Of a stretch of DNA of 64,000 bases, positions 63,134 to 64,000 are shown piece by piece. Origin of the DNA: Beijerinckiaceae bacterium (GTDB taxonomy: Bacteria > Pseudomonadota > Alphaproteobacteria > Rhizobiales > Beijerinckiaceae); the NCBI GenBank assembly GCA_019753285.1, contig JAIELD010000066.1:290-64289 (forward strand), written 5' to 3'. Position 1 is the first letter of the stretch; each line of letters begins with the position of its first letter. The notes beneath the pieces are model-generated. The model saw nothing but the letters and a program-made list of their open reading frames with translations, ran no database searches and had not been told where the DNA came from. A program made the position numbers and the translations under genes.

Positions 63134-63838
63134 TCAGGCGCAGACCTCGAGCGGCGCGGTCGGCCGCGGCGGCGAGGGCGTCGCCGCCAATTCGCCGGCC
63201 GCGACCGAAGCCTCCAACGCGGCGATGCCGACATCGATGGAAATGCGGTCGAAGCTCGGCGCACGCCAGCCCTTGAGCGCCTTCCAGGTGCGGCGACCCA
63301 GCCTGAAATGGTCGCAGGGCAGCCGCCCGCCGCGTGCCGGACAGGTATCAAGGCCGGAGCCGACCATCTGGAACCCAGACTTCTCGAGAACGCGGCGCGA
63401 TGCGGGGTTGATCACTCTCACGCCGGCGCGCGCCTCGCAGGCATCGGTCAGCGTGAAAACGGCATCGATCAGCGCCTGCACGGCTTCGGTCGCAAGCCCT
63501 TCGCCCCAATGCTGCGCTTCGAGCATGTAGCCGAAGGTGAAGCATTGCGGCTCTTCGAACCTGCCGCCGATGAAGCCGATAGCGTGGCGCGGGTTCGCCT
63601 TGGGAACGAGGAGGAGGCTCAGCCCGGTGCCGAGCGCGTTGGTCTTGCGCATGGCGAAGATGCGCCGCTGGGCTTCGCCATCCGGCAGGGGATGCGGCCA
63701 GGTCGCGGTCATCTCCGCAACCTGTTTGTCCCCTGCGAACGCCGTCACCGCCGCCACATCTTGGACCGTCGGCCAGCGCAGCCAGAGGCGCGGCGTCTCG
63801 ATGCGGAAAACATCGTCGCGGGTGAGGTCAGGGAACAT
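63134..63838 (-). CDS. GNAT family N-acetyltransferase (RimJ/RimL-like)
   Basis: ...ETPRLWLRWPT..D..A...FAGD..VA........P......IG.IG........GY.L....WG.G.ATEA..A.ID..F... Confidence 0.75.
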   Translation of the reverse strand: MFPDLTRDDVFRIETPRLWLRWPTVQDVAAVTAFAGDKQVAEMTATWPHPLPDGEAQRRIFAMRKTNALGTGLSLLLVPKANPRHAIGFIGGRFEEPQCFTFGYMLEAQHWGEGLATEAVQALIDAVFTLTDACEARAGVRVINPASRRVLEKSGFQMVGSGLDTCPARGGRLPCDHFRLGRRTWKALKGWRAPSFDRISIDVGIAALEASVAAGELAATPSPPRPTAPLEVCA

Positions 63839-63899
63839 GATCCGTCTCCGTCAGTCAGGATCATCTCATTGCCAGCCGATTGGCAAGATAAGATGACCC

Positions 63900-63939
63900 A
63901 AAAACGACGAAAGGGAGATTGGCTTTCCAACCTCCCTTT
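63900..63939 (-). terminator. Possible rho-independent terminator for a minus-strand gene lying beyond the right edge
   Basis: The hairpin is aaagggag-a-ttgg-cttt-ccaa-c-ctcccttt. On the minus strand it is followed after 5 nt by TTTTT. No minus-strand stop codon occurs between 63940 and 64000, so the upstream gene ends outside the window. Confidence 0.35.
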
Positions 63940-64000
63940 GAAATCCGTTCCGGTCTTTTCGGGTGCTTCTGGCGGGTTTCGCCTTGGGCGGGTAGCGTGA

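Overview
This is a high-G+C alphaproteobacterial chromosome segment with Hyphomicrobiales/Rhizobiales-type core synteny. I can support about 62 protein-coding genes, most on the minus strand.

Main gene content:
- A housekeeping and cell-envelope string: obgE-proB-proA-nadD-rsfS-rlmH-envC-like-ctpA-yibQ-like-rppH.
- Central metabolism: sdhCDAB, zapE, and the TCA cluster mdh-sucC-sucD-sucA-sucB-lpdA.
- Also acs, accA, folD, hisE, fdxA, carD, xerC and a Suv3-like helicase.
- Cell-wall genes: two L,D-transpeptidases and a lytic transglycosylase.
- A MotA/MotB-type stator pair, and a partial NdvA/ChvA-like ABC exporter at the left edge.

I saw no rRNA, tRNA, CRISPR array, transposase or phage genes. 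The window is mostly ordinary core genome, and I did not find a convincing new multi-gene system.

The most unusual observations are:
1. The TCA operon carries guest genes at three junctions. A VapBC toxin-antitoxin pair with its own palindrome sits between sucC and sucD. A retropepsin-like aspartic protease sits between sucD and sucA. An SDR gene sits between sucB and lpdA.
2. Eleven GANTC (CcrM-type) motifs lie within about 300 bp of the ORF-free, lower-G+C spacer upstream of the helicase gene.
3. An exact 11-bp inverted repeat brackets the DUF3108 gene next to xerC.
4. There are short tandem repeats upstream of acs and inside a CAP-domain lipoprotein gene.

Caveats:
- 'M' in the ORF track sometimes stands for a GTG or TTG start.
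- I trimmed several starts to internal Met codons with better context.
- Coordinates of non-coding motifs were counted from neighbouring ORF boundaries and may be off by 1-2 nt.
- All family assignments come from reading the translations, not from database searches.
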